The notes beneath the pieces are model-generated. The model was given only the letters and a program-made list of their open reading frames with translations, had not been told where the DNA came from and did no database searches. This document shows, one piece after another, positions 21,221-31,315 of a DNA stretch of 64,000 nt. This stretch comes from an uncultured Gemmatimonadaceae bacterium. Lineage in GTDB: Bacteria > Gemmatimonadota > Gemmatimonadetes > Gemmatimonadales > Gemmatimonadaceae. Made by a program: the position numbers and the translations under genes. The stretch lies in contig CAYQAO010000001.1 of NCBI GenBank assembly GCA_964415485.1, positions 1,756 to 65,755 of the forward strand, in the 5' to 3' direction. How positions within the stretch are numbered: position 1 is the stretch's first letter; each line of letters opens with the position of its first letter.

Positions 21221-22450
21221 TCACGTGAGCCAGGCCCTCAGCATGTTGCGAACGTCGTTGAACATCACGAAGACGAACAGCGCAAGGATGAGGGCCAGCC
21301 CGGCCCTGAACACGTACTCGCGGGTGCGCGCGCTGAACTTGCTGCCCTTAGCGGCCTCGAGAACGTTGATGATGATCTGTCCCCCGTCAAGGATCGGGAT
21401 GGGCAGCAGGTTGAAGATGCCGATGTTCACGCTGAGGAACCCTACCAGAACCAGCAGGTTCTCGATGCCGGTTCGCGCGGCGGCAACCGAGATCTGGGCG
21501 ATTGCAACCGGTCCGCCGAGGTTCTCCATGGACTCCCGGCCGGTGACCATCCGACGGAGAATCGTCACCACGGCGCCGGCCGACTCCCAGGTTCGCTGCC
21601 ACCCCATTGACACCGCCTGCCCGACAGGGATCGGATCGCGACCGATATGATCCGTAGGCACCGCGCCGATTCGGCCCTCCAGACGCCCTTCGCCGGTAAG
21701 CGGGTTCGTCACCTCCGTAGGCTCGGGGGCCACCCGAATAGCGACTTCGGTCCCATCCCGGATTACGTCGAGGGTAATCTCCCTGCCCGCAGCGGGGCCC
21801 ACTGCGTTCACCAGGTCCTCGAACGTGCGTACCGGCAACCCGTCCACCCGCAGCACGCTGTCGCCCTTCTGCAGGCCCGCACGCGCCGCAGGCATGTCGG
21901 CCAGCACCGAATCTATCACTGCGGGCCGGTACGGCGCTCCGTACCAGGCATACGTGCCGGAGAACACCACGAGTCCGAGTGCCACGTTCATCGCGACGCC
22001 GGCGATGAGGATCAGGAGACGCGCTGGCAGCGAACGGGATTCGAAGTAGCGCTCCTCGGGAACGGGCCGGGGTCCGAACGGAACCATGGCCTCGGGATCC
22101 CAGTCCTCCGGGCGCATCCCTTCCGACATGTGCTCCTCGCCAATGCGCGCCGAACCACTGCCGCCGACGGTGGACGGGTCCTCGCCGTCGTCAGGCGCCT
22201 TCTCCCCGCCGCCCTCGATGAGCGCCATGGTCTCGTCTTCGCGTGAGGCCATGCGCACGTAGCCGCCAAGGGGGAGCGCAGCCAGCACGTACTCGGTCTC
22301 TCCCCACCGCCGCTTCCAGAGCGCGGGGCCGAAGCCGATCGAGAAGCGCGGCGCGTACACGCCCACCGCCTTCGCGGCGAGGAAGTGCCCCAGCTCGTGG
22401 ACGAAAATCACGAGCCCGAACACGAGGACAGGTGCAAGCCAGGCTAGCAT
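21221..22450 (-). CDS. rseP: RIP metalloprotease RseP (M50 site-2 protease)
   Basis: HELGHFLAAK (HExxH) in the first TM helix, a central PDZ-like region, and conserved position after dxr. Confidence 0.85.
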   Translation of the reverse strand: MLAWLAPVLVFGLVIFVHELGHFLAAKAVGVYAPRFSIGFGPALWKRRWGETEYVLAALPLGGYVRMASREDETMALIEGGGEKAPDDGEDPSTVGGSGSARIGEEHMSEGMRPEDWDPEAMVPFGPRPVPEERYFESRSLPARLLILIAGVAMNVALGLVVFSGTYAWYGAPYRPAVIDSVLADMPAARAGLQKGDSVLRVDGLPVRTFEDLVNAVGPAAGREITLDVIRDGTEVAIRVAPEPTEVTNPLTGEGRLEGRIGAVPTDHIGRDPIPVGQAVSMGWQRTWESAGAVVTILRRMVTGRESMENLGGPVAIAQISVAAARTGIENLLVLVGFLSVNIGIFNLLPIPILDGGQIIINVLEAAKGSKFSARTREYVFRAGLALILALFVFVMFNDVRNMLRAWLT

Positions 22451-23640
22451 TGGTTGAATAGCTCGGTTACGACACGGCGAGCTTCCGCATCCGCGGCGAG
22501 CAGCATGTCACGTGATTCGGCGCGGGAGCCACCCAGCCTCCCGAGGGCATGATCCACAGCCCTGGGAATGTCGCCGAAGGAGATGGCTCCCTGGAGGAAG
22601 AGCGCGACGGCCGCCTCGTTGGCAGCGTTGAAGACCGCAGGCGCAGCTCCACCGCTGCGACCGGCATTCATTCCAAGCGACAGCATCGGGAAGTCCGCAT
22701 ACCGTACCGGCTCGAACGTAAGCGGAGAAAGTTCAACCGGGTCGAACGGAGGAACGCCTGTATCGGGCAGCCGTTCCGGGTGCGTCAGGGCGTACAGCAC
22801 CGGCAGCTCCATGCTCGGCACGCCCATCTGCGCCAGCACGCTGCCGTCCACGAACTCGACGAACGAATGCACGACGCTCTGCGGATGCACCACGACATCT
22901 ATGCGGTCGTAAGGCAGGCCGAAGAGGTAGTGCGCCTCGATCACCTCCAGCGCCTTGTTCGCCAGCGTGGCGCTGTCAACCGTGATCTTGCGTCCCATCT
23001 GCCAGGTGGGGTGCTGCAGGGCGTCCGCAAGAGTCGCTCGCTGGATCCGTTCGCCTGTCCAGGTCCTGAACGGACCGCCTGACGCGGTAAGCACGAGGCG
23101 ACGCACTTCGCCGATCGGGCGCCCGGCAAGGCACTGCAGGATCGCCGAGTGCTCCGAGTCCACCGGTACCAGTTCGCCGCCGCCCTGACGCGCCGCGTCC
23201 ATCACCAGCTCACCGCCAACGACGAGAGTCTCCTTGTTGGCGAGTGCCACTCTCTTGCCGCGACGCAGCGCCGCGAGAGTGGCGTCGAGCCCGGCCGCCC
23301 CCACCACCGCGTTGAGCACGATGTCAGCCTCGGCGAGGGAGGCCGCCTCAGTGAGGCATTCCGTTCCACTTCGCCAGTCCCCGTTGGAACTGTCGCGCAC
23401 CATGCCCACGAAGGCGGGACGGAAACGCTCGGCCTGCTCGCGCAGCAACGCCTCGTTGCTGAATGCAGTGAGCGCCACCACGGCGAACCGCTCCCGCTGC
23501 CGATCCAGAACGCGAAGGGCAGTGGTGCCGATGGAGCCGGTGGAGCCCAGAAGCGCCACCCCGCGCCGTTCAGGGCCGTCGGACCCTGCCTCACGAGCCC
23601 CGCGGACTCCTGACCTTGCGTCGGTCACCGGACTGCTCAT
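22444..23640 (-). CDS. dxr: 1-deoxy-D-xylulose 5-phosphate reductoisomerase
   Basis: VALLGSTGSIGTTAL NADPH-binding N-terminus, LANKE, and NAANE-type C-terminal motif (FNAANEAAV). Confidence 0.9.
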   Translation of the reverse strand: MSSPVTDARSGVRGAREAGSDGPERRGVALLGSTGSIGTTALRVLDRQRERFAVVALTAFSNEALLREQAERFRPAFVGMVRDSSNGDWRSGTECLTEAASLAEADIVLNAVVGAAGLDATLAALRRGKRVALANKETLVVGGELVMDAARQGGGELVPVDSEHSAILQCLAGRPIGEVRRLVLTASGGPFRTWTGERIQRATLADALQHPTWQMGRKITVDSATLANKALEVIEAHYLFGLPYDRIDVVVHPQSVVHSFVEFVDGSVLAQMGVPSMELPVLYALTHPERLPDTGVPPFDPVELSPLTFEPVRYADFPMLSLGMNAGRSGGAAPAVFNAANEAAVALFLQGAISFGDIPRAVDHALGRLGGSRAESRDMLLAADAEARRVVTELFNQC

Positions 23641-24494
23641 CGGATTGCGGGAACCATCACGAGCTCTATCAGGAAGTACCCCAGGGGCAGCGTGAAGAGA
23701 AGGCTGTCAACACGATCGAGTACACCGCCGTGACCGGGTATGATCCTCGAACTGTCCTTGACCCCTGCCTCCCGCTTCAGAAGGGACTCCGCCAGGTCGC
23801 CTGCCTGCGCTGCCACACTGATGAGCGCGCCGAACGTGAGTGCCGCAGCGTGCGTCATGCCGAGACGCGCCACCTCCGGGAGTGCGTATCGTCCGAGCAG
23901 CCAGGCCGCGAGCATCGTGAACAGGAGTCCTCCCAGCGCACCCTCCACTGTCTTTCCGGGACTGACGGACGGAATCAGCTTCCTCCGCCCGAACGCACGC
24001 CCAACGAAATACGCACCGGTATCGGAAGCCCACGTAAGGAGCAGCGGCAGCAGCACGAGAGCCGTTCCGCCGATCGCATTGATCGTGAAGCGGTGATAGC
24101 GCAGGCCGTACGCAAAGCTCAACATCCCCCCGATGTACAGGATGCCGAACACGGTTATCGCCGTTGCGGCGAGCGGGCGCCCGTCAACCCCGCGAGACCA
24201 GATCGCGAGGGCCAGAAGAGCGAGCATAACGAGGGCCATGCCGCTGAGCGGGATTACCATCACGCGCAGGAAGTGCGCGTGCACGAGCAGAGGTACGGCG
24301 GCTGCGACGGCGATGCCCGGGCCGACCAGCGGCCTGACGCCGGTGTGGGCGGCCATCCTGAACAGTTCCCAGCTGCCGAGTGCGGCCGCGATGCCCAGCA
24401 GCGACGCCAGCCACGCATCGCCGAGGTAGATGGCGAGTATCGTTAGGGGCGCCGCGACTGCGGCGAACAGCACCCTGAGAGTCAGTTCAGACAC
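23637..24494 (-). CDS. cdsA: phosphatidate cytidylyltransferase
   Basis: Polytopic membrane protein with C-terminal signature SLLKREAGVKDSSRIIPGHGGVLDRVDS. GTG start. Confidence 0.85.
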   Translation of the reverse strand: MSELTLRVLFAAVAAPLTILAIYLGDAWLASLLGIAAALGSWELFRMAAHTGVRPLVGPGIAVAAAVPLLVHAHFLRVMVIPLSGMALVMLALLALAIWSRGVDGRPLAATAITVFGILYIGGMLSFAYGLRYHRFTINAIGGTALVLLPLLLTWASDTGAYFVGRAFGRRKLIPSVSPGKTVEGALGGLLFTMLAAWLLGRYALPEVARLGMTHAAALTFGALISVAAQAGDLAESLLKREAGVKDSSRIIPGHGGVLDRVDSLLFTLPLGYFLIELVMVPAIR

Positions 24495-24522
24495 GCGAGA
24501 CGAGAAAGGGTGGCGCGACGCG

Positions 24523-25278
24523 TCAGGCGGTCACGCGCCCGAACCTGCGCTCACGGTTCTGGTAGTCCACTATTGCAGTGAAGAGTTCGCGGCGCGTGAA
24601 GTCGGGCCACAGCACCGGGGAGATATGGAGCTCGGTGTACGCGAGCTGCCACAGCAGGAAGTTCGAGATTCGCAGCTCGCCGGACGTGCGGATGAGCAGG
24701 TCGGGGTCCGGGATTCCGTGCGTGTACAGTTCCGACTCGAACCTGCGCTCGTCCACGTCCTCCGGAGCGAGCGTTCCGGCGGCCACCTGCTCCGCGATCC
24801 TGCGCGCTGCACGAGCCATCTCGGCCCGGCTGCCGTACGAGATGAACAGGTTGAGCAGCAGGAGCTCGTTGTCGGCCGTGAGCGTCACCACGTGATCCAC
24901 GGCCCTCGCCGCTGCGGGCGTGAGGCGGGTGAGGTCACCCAGCACCTGAACGCGGACGCCCTGCGAGTGGAGCTCCTCTGCCTCACGCGAGACGTACTCC
25001 TCCAGCAGGGACATGAGCGCGGAAACCTCGCTCTCCGGCCGGTTCCAGTTCTCCTGGGAGAAGGCAAAGAGAGACAGGACCTCGACGCCGGCCTGCACAG
25101 AACCCTCCACCACCTCCCGCACGGCCTTCATCCCCGAACGATGGCCAACCGGTCGCGGGAGAAAGCGCTCCCGCGCCCAGCGTCCGTTGCCGTCCATGAT
25201 GATCGCGACGTGGCGCGGCAGGTGGCCGTGCACACGGATCCGCGCCAGCAACTCGGTGGCGACTGAATCCTCGGCCAT
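24523..25278 (-). CDS. uppS: isoprenyl transferase (undecaprenyl diphosphate synthase)
   Basis: HVAIIMDGNGRWA and RTSGELRISNFLLWQLAYTE motifs. Confidence 0.9.
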   Translation of the reverse strand: MAEDSVATELLARIRVHGHLPRHVAIIMDGNGRWARERFLPRPVGHRSGMKAVREVVEGSVQAGVEVLSLFAFSQENWNRPESEVSALMSLLEEYVSREAEELHSQGVRVQVLGDLTRLTPAAARAVDHVVTLTADNELLLLNLFISYGSRAEMARAARRIAEQVAAGTLAPEDVDERRFESELYTHGIPDPDLLIRTSGELRISNFLLWQLAYTELHISPVLWPDFTRRELFTAIVDYQNRERRFGRVTA

Positions 25279-25282
25279 GGGT

Positions 25283-25837
25283 TCAGACTTCCATGATCTC
25301 GGCTTCCTTGCCCTTCACGAGTTCCTCCAGGCGAGCAATGAAGTCGTCGTGCACCTTCTGCAGGTCCTTCTCGGCCCGCTTGATCTCGTCTTCGGATACG
25401 CCATCCAGCTTCTTGAGCCGGTCGCGTCCATCGGTGCGCGCGTGCCTCACGGCAACGCGACCATCCTCCGCGAGCTTGTGAACGAGCTTCACCATGTCGC
25501 GGCGACGCTCCTCGTTCATCGGGGGAATCGGCACGCGGATCAGGTGTCCCTGGTTGGAAGGCTCGAGCCCCAGGTCCGACTCGCGTATTGCCTTCTCCAC
25601 CGCCTTCGCCTGGCCCTTGTCGAAAGGCGTCACGATCAGCAGGCGCGGCTCGGGCGAACTTATGGACGCGACCTGGTTCAGCGGCATCATCTGGCCGTAC
25701 ATCTCCACACGAACCGTATCCAGGAGCTGCGCGCTGGCCTTGCCCGTGCGAATTCCGGAGAACTCGCGACGGGAGTTTTCCACCGCCTTCTCCATTGCGG
25801 TGCGCGCGTCCTTCAAGATCTGGGAAGTGGAACTCAT
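25283..25837 (-). CDS. frr: ribosome recycling factor
   Basis: ORF 25283..25879 trimmed to ATG 25837, because the longer form overlaps pyrH. Typical ...FSGIRTGKASAQLLD... sequence. Confidence 0.9.
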   Translation of the reverse strand: MSSTSQILKDARTAMEKAVENSRREFSGIRTGKASAQLLDTVRVEMYGQMMPLNQVASISSPEPRLLIVTPFDKGQAKAVEKAIRESDLGLEPSNQGHLIRVPIPPMNEERRRDMVKLVHKLAEDGRVAVRHARTDGRDRLKKLDGVSEDEIKRAEKDLQKVHDDFIARLEELVKGKEAEIMEV

Positions 25838-25847
25838 GGCTGTGGAA

Positions 25848-26561
25848 TCACTGCACGAGGGTGCCCACGCGCTCACCACCGATTGCGCGGGCTATGGCCC
25901 CGGGCTGGTTTATGTTGAGGACTATCAGCGGCAGCTGATTCTCCTTGCACAGCGTCATCGCGGTCTGGTCCATCACCGCCAGCTCCTTCACGATCGCGTC
26001 CCGGTAGGTGATGCTCTCGTACAGCGTTGCCGACGGATCCTTGCGCGGATCCGCCGAATAGACTCCGTCAACGCTGGTAGCCTTGATGATGAGCTGCGCC
26101 TTCATCTGGATCGCGCGAAGGACCGCAGCCGTATCCGTGCTAAAGTACGGATTACCGGTGCCTGCCGCAAAGATCACCGTACGGCCCTTCTCGAAGTGGC
26201 GCAGTGCCCTTCGGCGGATGTAGGGCTCGGCGAGTTCCTCCATCCTGATGGCCGTCATGGCCCGCGTGTCCACTCCGGCGCGCTCCAGAACGTCCTGCAG
26301 CGCCAGGGCATTGATCACCGTGCCGAGCATGCCCATGTAGTCCGCAGACACGCGATCCATGCCGAGCTTGGAGATCTGGGAGCCGCGAACGATGTTGCCG
26401 CCACCGATCACGATCCCGACCTCGGCTCCCATGCCGACCACGTTCTTGATCTCGTCGGCGAGACGGGTGATGGTCTCGAAGTCGAGACCAAAACCCTTGT
26501 CGCCGGCCAGCGCCTCGCCGGACAGCTTCAGCAGGACGCGCCTGTAGGCTAGCTCCGCCAC
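25848..26561 (-). CDS. pyrH: UMP kinase
   Basis: [14 protein letters not shown]-terminus and amino-acid-kinase fold. Sits between tsf and frr. Confidence 0.9.
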   Translation of the reverse strand: MAELAYRRVLLKLSGEALAGDKGFGLDFETITRLADEIKNVVGMGAEVGIVIGGGNIVRGSQISKLGMDRVSADYMGMLGTVINALALQDVLERAGVDTRAMTAIRMEELAEPYIRRRALRHFEKGRTVIFAAGTGNPYFSTDTAAVLRAIQMKAQLIIKATSVDGVYSADPRKDPSATLYESITYRDAIVKELAVMDQTAMTLCKENQLPLIVLNINQPGAIARAIGGERVGTLVQ

Positions 26562-26568
26562 CAGCGCC

Positions 26569-27171
26569 TTACTCGCCGAGCTGGAAGCGGACGAAGCGGC
26601 GAACCTGGATGTTCTCGCCCAGCTTGGCCGATGCTTCCTTGATGAGGTCAGCTATCGTCTTCTTGGGCTCACGAACCCAGGGCTGCGACAGGAGCGCGAC
26701 TTCCTTGTAGAAGGACTCGACCTTGCCCTCGACCATCTTCTGGACGATCGCGTCCGGCTTTCCGCTCTGACTCGCCTGCTCCTCGGCAATGCGACGCTCC
26801 TTCTCCACCGCCTCGGCGGGGATGGAATCCTTGTCCACGCCCAGCGGCGCGGCTGCGGCCACATGCTCGGCGATAGTGCGGACGAGCTGCTGGAAATCGT
26901 CGGTGCGGGCAACGAAGTCCGTCTCGCAGTTCAACTCCACAAGGACGCCCAGCTTGCCGTTGTGGTGGATGTAGCTGCCCACGAGCCCCTCCGAAGTAGC
27001 GCGACCGGTGCGGCTCTCGGCCTTGGCGATTCCCTTCTTGCGAAGGTACTCGACAGCCTTCTCCACGTCGCCGCCGTTGGCCTCGAGGGCCTTCTTGCAG
27101 TCCATCATTCCGGCGCCGGTGCGACGGCGGAGCTCCTGAACGTCCTTTGCGGTGAATGTTGTAGCAGACAT
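26569..27171 (-). CDS. tsf: translation elongation factor Ts (short form)
   Basis: UBA-like N-terminus [23 protein letters not shown]. 200 aa. Confidence 0.9.
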   Translation of the reverse strand: MSATTFTAKDVQELRRRTGAGMMDCKKALEANGGDVEKAVEYLRKKGIAKAESRTGRATSEGLVGSYIHHNGKLGVLVELNCETDFVARTDDFQQLVRTIAEHVAAAAPLGVDKDSIPAEAVEKERRIAEEQASQSGKPDAIVQKMVEGKVESFYKEVALLSQPWVREPKKTIADLIKEASAKLGENIQVRRFVRFQLGE

Positions 27172-27194
27172 TCGCTGAATCCTCGTTTCATGGA

Positions 27195-27222
27195 AACGCC
27201 GCCGGTGGTGGCCGGCGGCGTT
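27195..27222 (-). terminator. hairpin between rpsB and tsf (possible attenuator)
   Basis: 11-bp stem AACGCCGCCGG/CCGGCGGCGTT with only a short TT tract after it on the minus strand. E. coli has an attenuator at the equivalent rpsB-tsf junction. Confidence 0.35.
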
Positions 27223-27303
27223 GACAAGTGTACGCGTTGGAGCGGTGGGACACTACCCACCGGCAGATTTCCGAGACTCGGCGAACAGGGCGCCGAATCC
27301 GGT

Positions 27304-28278
27304 TCACGCGCCTTCGCCCTGGCCGGCCTCGCTGGAAGCGGGCGACTCCGGAGCCGCGGGTGCGGCGGCAGGAGCCGGGGTCGCGGACTCGGCAGCAGGC
27401 GCAGGTGCGGCGGTGCCTTCCTGGCCAGCGGCGCCCTCCGTTCCCTTGAGCTGCGCGGCCACTGCCTCGGGACGGGCGCGGCGACGGCGCGGGCGACGGC
27501 GACGGCGACTGTCGTCTGCCGCTTCTGGCTCAGCGCCGCGGTCGGAGCTGTAGGTGTAGGACTCGACCTCTTCCGGCTCCTCACGGACGGGCGCCTCACG
27601 ACGAGCCTCGACGATGGTATCTGCGATGGCGCGCGTGATCAGCTCCACCGAGCGAATCGCGTCGTCATTGCCCGCGATCGGAACGGTGATGAGATCCGGA
27701 TCCGCGTTCGTATCGGTGATCGCGACAATCGGGATGCCGAGCTTGTTGGCCTCGTTGACCGCGATGCGCTCCTTCTTGGAATCCACCACGAACAGCAGTC
27801 CGGGCAGGCGCGACATGTTGCGGAGTCCGGAGAGGTTCTTCTCCAGCTTCTCTCGCTCGCGCGACAGGAGGAGCTGCTCCTTCTTGGTGTAGTTGGAGAA
27901 CTCGCCGCCCTCCTCGGAGCCGGCTGCGAGTTCCTTCATCTTGCGGAGCTGCTTCTTGACGGTGCCGAAGTTGGTGAGGAGTCCGCCGAGCCAGCGCTCG
28001 GTCACGTGCAGCGCGCCTGCGCGCTCCGCCTCTTCACGAACGATCGCAGCGACCTGGCGCTTGGTGCATACGAACAGCACCTGCTCGCCCCGAAGGACCA
28101 CTTCACGGACGAGCTGCTGCGCGGCTTCGACCTGACGAAGCGTCTTCTGCAGGTCAATGATGTGGATCCCGTTGCGCTCCGCGAAAATGAAGCGGCGCAT
28201 CTTGGGGTTCCAGCGACGGGTCTGGTGCCCGAAGTGTACCCCTGCCTTGAGGAGATCCTCGATTGCGGGTAGGGTCAT
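27304..28278 (-). CDS. rpsB: 30S ribosomal protein S2 with long low-complexity C-terminal extension
   Basis: Conserved S2 core (LLKAGVHFGHQTRRWNPKM...) for about 230 aa, then about 95 aa of acidic/Arg-run/Ala-Pro-rich tail. Confidence 0.9.
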   Translation of the reverse strand: MTLPAIEDLLKAGVHFGHQTRRWNPKMRRFIFAERNGIHIIDLQKTLRQVEAAQQLVREVVLRGEQVLFVCTKRQVAAIVREEAERAGALHVTERWLGGLLTNFGTVKKQLRKMKELAAGSEEGGEFSNYTKKEQLLLSREREKLEKNLSGLRNMSRLPGLLFVVDSKKERIAVNEANKLGIPIVAITDTNADPDLITVPIAGNDDAIRSVELITRAIADTIVEARREAPVREEPEEVESYTYSSDRGAEPEAADDSRRRRRPRRRRARPEAVAAQLKGTEGAAGQEGTAAPAPAAESATPAPAAAPAAPESPASSEAGQGEGA

Positions 28279-28457
28279 GACTTGATACAGAGTGGGTTTG
28301 GATCCTCCGCTTCCTTCACTGCCATGCCCGCCGGCGAGGCCGGACCCGGACGATGACTAGGGAAGCGTGTGAGATTTCGGCCGGGCCTCGGCGCGGATCG
28401 GCAGTCATCACGCGTATGGCGTGACTTTCTGCATCCGTGCCGAGGCTCGAATCCGAA

Positions 28458-28853
28458 CTAGCGCTTCGAGAACTGGAAGCGCTTGCGGGCCTTCGGACGA
28501 CCCGGCTTCTTGCGCTCGACGGCCCGGGCATCCCGCGTGAGGAGGCCGAGTTCGCGGAGCTTTATACGAAGCGACTCGTCACCGGAGACGAGTGCGCGAG
28601 CGATTGCCAGACGCAGTGCTCCGGCCTGGCCGGAAGCTCCGCCGCCAACCAGGTTCGCCTTCACGTCGTAGCTGCCGAGCGTGTCGGTGGCCGCGAAGGG
28701 CTGCTGGATCATGGACACGAGAGCGGGACGCGGGAAGTAGTCACCGAGCGTGCGCCCGTTGACTTCCCACTTGCCCGACCCAGGGCGGAGATAGACGCGG
28801 CAAACGGCCTCCTTGCGGCGGCCGACGGCGTGGAGAGTCTTGGAGTCCGCCAT
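28458..28853 (-). CDS. rpsI: 30S ribosomal protein S9
   Basis: 131 aa ending ...KKPGRPKARKRFQFSKR. Its ATG shares one nt with the rplM TAA (TAATG). Confidence 0.95.
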   Translation of the reverse strand: MADSKTLHAVGRRKEAVCRVYLRPGSGKWEVNGRTLGDYFPRPALVSMIQQPFAATDTLGSYDVKANLVGGGASGQAGALRLAIARALVSGDESLRIKLRELGLLTRDARAVERKKPGRPKARKRFQFSKR

Positions 28854-29302
28854 TACCTGGCCTCGAGGGAGCTGAAGGTCAAGGGCTGCGGCTGCTGAGC
28901 AGCGTGCGGGTGCTCGGAGCCGGCGTAGACGCGCAGCTTGCGGCGCAGCGTCTGGCGGGCGAGGCTGGTCTTGGGGAGCATGCCGTACACGGCCTTCTCG
29001 ATGACGCGCTCGGGGTGCTTCTCGAGCATGGTGCGGAAGGGAGTGAAGCGCTCGTGACCCATGTAGCCGGTGTGACGGAAGTACTGCTTCTGGTCCGCCT
29101 TGCGTCCCGTCACCTTCACCTTTTCGGCGTTGATGACGATGACGTTGTCACCGGTGTCCATGTGGGGGGTGAAGATGGGCTTGTGCTTGCCGCGGAGAAT
29201 CTTCGCTATTTCAGCGGCGAGTCGTCCCAGCACCATGCCGTCGGCGTCCACCACATACCACGTATGGGTGATGTCGCCGGGCGTTGCGGAGAAGGTCTTC
29301 AT
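28853..29302 (-). CDS. rplM: 50S ribosomal protein L13
   Basis: [29 protein letters not shown]... typical L13. Confidence 0.95.
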   Translation of the reverse strand: MKTFSATPGDITHTWYVVDADGMVLGRLAAEIAKILRGKHKPIFTPHMDTGDNVIVINAEKVKVTGRKADQKQYFRHTGYMGHERFTPFRTMLEKHPERVIEKAVYGMLPKTSLARQTLRRKLRVYAGSEHPHAAQQPQPLTFSSLEAR

Positions 29303-29393
29303 TAAACGCAGAGCGGTTTGTCTATCGCCTCACCGGTGCGGGTTGCAACCCGGGTCTCGGCCGCCATTCAAGGCAGTTTTTGGACAGAAATGA

Positions 29394-29422
29394 AGGTTAC
29401 GCAGAATTTCGTGCGATGTCAA
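29394..29422 (-). promoter_or_regulatory. sigma70-like promoter candidate for rplM-rpsI
   Basis: Minus strand reads TTGACA-17 nt-TAACCT, about 90 nt upstream of the rplM ATG and just after the BCCP stop. Confidence 0.4.
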
Positions 29423-29429
29423 CGGAGCC

Positions 29430-29936
29430 CTATCCCTCGAACTCCACCAGCGCGGACCCCTTCTCCACTGCCTGCCCGGCCTGGACCAGCACCCGCGCCA
29501 CTGTCCCCGGCGACGTGGCGCGAAGCTCGTTCTCCATCTTCATCGCCTCCATGACCACGAGGCCCTGCCCCGCCTCCACGATTGCGCCGACCTCCACGTT
29601 CACGCGCACTATCATGCCGGGCATCGGCGCCACGAGGGGCACCGGACCAGCCGCAGCCGCCGCTTCCCGCGCCATGTCCTGGATGGCTCGCCGGCGCTCG
29701 TCGAGCGCCTCCACGTCGAACTTCCAGCCGCCTACCGAGATGGAGTAGCGACCTCTGCCGCCGGTGCGCCGTGCCACGGCAGCATGAATCTCATCACCAA
29801 GGGCGAGCAGGTGCATGGGCGTTCCGGGTACTTCCCGGAGAGAGGCGTCCAACCGCTCGCCGTCCACCAGCACGGCTCCGCCCACCAGCTCCACCTCCAC
29901 CCGGCGACCGTTCAGCTCCACCAGATACTTCATCAC
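29430..29936 (-). CDS. biotin carboxyl carrier (biotinyl/lipoyl-attachment) protein
   Basis: C-terminal biotinylation motif VMEAMKMENE. GTG 29936 or ATG 29933 overlaps the stop of the upstream methyltransferase gene. Confidence 0.8.
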   Translation of the reverse strand: MMKYLVELNGRRVEVELVGGAVLVDGERLDASLREVPGTPMHLLALGDEIHAAVARRTGGRGRYSISVGGWKFDVEALDERRRAIQDMAREAAAAAGPVPLVAPMPGMIVRVNVEVGAIVEAGQGLVVMEAMKMENELRATSPGTVARVLVQAGQAVEKGSALVEFEG

Positions 29937-31315
29937 TCCTCCCGAACGAGCTCGCAGACCACCTCCACATGCGCGGTCTGGGGGAACATGTCGAATGCGC
30001 GAACGGAGTCCACCTGCCAGCCGGCGAGGCGGGCAACGTCCCGCGCCAGCGTGGCGGGATTGCAGCTGACATAGATGAGGTGCGAAGGACGCTCACCGCC
30101 GGCCGCGAGGAACTCCGCTACCCGGGCGTGCAGGCCGCCGCGAGGCGGATTCACGATCACCAGATCTGCCGGGAGTGCATCCGGGAGCGCGCGCTCCACC
30201 GAGGCAGCAACCGACAGCGACGGAGGCGGCAGGGTGCGGGACGCGAACGCCGCAGCTGCGGGATCGCGCTCTATGGCGGTGACTCGCACCCCGGAGGCGG
30301 CAAGCCTGCTCGCGTAGGCACCGGTGCCGGAGTACGCATCCACTGCAGTGCGAGGTGCCTTCGCCATGGCGAGCTGCAGCACGTAAGAGCGCACGGCCTC
30401 CGCCACCTCCGGATTCACCTGCACGAAGGACGCGCCCGGCTCCACGTCCAGGGAGTCGCCGGGCAGCTCTGCGACCACGTCTGCCGGCTTGCCGCGGAGG
30501 AGCACCGGATCCCCGGTGTCGCCCGCCCACCAGAGCTCGCTGACATTCTCCACGGCGGAAGCGAAGTCCTCTGCCGTGCCCCAGTCTTCGCCACCCTGCA
30601 CCACGAGGGCAGCGCCCTCGCTCGTGAGGCGCGCGGCCACGCGCAGCGCCGGCGCGTCGGGCAGCAGGTCACCGACCCGGAGCACCGAACGCCATGTGTC
30701 CAGGAGCCTCTCGCTCGAGATCAGGCAATCCCGGAGCGGGAAGACCTTTGCGGGGTCGTCGAAAGGGCGCAGCCCTGCGATCCACCGGGAACCGGGCGGG
30801 GCGATGCCGTCGTCAGGCACCGGCTCGCCCGGAGTACGCCTCCTGAGCGCAAGCGTGAGCTTCGCCCGATAGCGCCACTGCTCCGGACTCGGCTCCACCG
30901 GCGGCACCTCCACCACCGTCCGGCCGATCCGCACGAACGCGTCTTCCACGATCCGCCGCTTGGCCTCGAGCTGCGCGACGTACTCCATGTGCTGGAGCTG
31001 ACATCCGCCGCAATCGTCCTGCACATAGTGCGGACACGGCGGATCGATTCGAAAAGGGGACGCCCTTTCGAGTGTCGTGAGGCGGCCGCGCGCGAACGAA
31101 CGACCGACGGTCGCCTGCGCAACGCCGGAGTCTCCAGGCGCTGTCCGCGGCAGGAAAACCACGAGGCCGTCGGCACGAGCAACCCCGTCCCCGCCCGCCG
31201 CGATGGAGTCAACGGTCACCGCCAGCTCTCGAGTCTCCGCCGTCGAGGCCGCATCACCGCCGCGGTCGCCACCAGCCGCCCGCGAACTGCGGGACGAACC
31301 GCGATCCCGGCTCAC
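29933..31315 (-). CDS. 23S rRNA (uracil-5-)-methyltransferase RlmD/RumA-like
   Basis: TRAM-like N-domain, Cys cluster CPHYVQDDCGGCQLQH, SAM motif VDAYSGTGAY, C-terminal YVSCNPATLARD. ORF opens at 31351; GTG 31315 overlaps the biotin carboxylase stop (GTGA). Either start is possible. Confidence 0.75.
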   Translation of the reverse strand: MSRDRGSSRSSRAAGGDRGGDAASTAETRELAVTVDSIAAGGDGVARADGLVVFLPRTAPGDSGVAQATVGRSFARGRLTTLERASPFRIDPPCPHYVQDDCGGCQLQHMEYVAQLEAKRRIVEDAFVRIGRTVVEVPPVEPSPEQWRYRAKLTLALRRRTPGEPVPDDGIAPPGSRWIAGLRPFDDPAKVFPLRDCLISSERLLDTWRSVLRVGDLLPDAPALRVAARLTSEGAALVVQGGEDWGTAEDFASAVENVSELWWAGDTGDPVLLRGKPADVVAELPGDSLDVEPGASFVQVNPEVAEAVRSYVLQLAMAKAPRTAVDAYSGTGAYASRLAASGVRVTAIERDPAAAAFASRTLPPPSLSVAASVERALPDALPADLVIVNPPRGGLHARVAEFLAAGGERPSHLIYVSCNPATLARDVARLAGWQVDSVRAFDMFPQTAHVEVVCELVREE

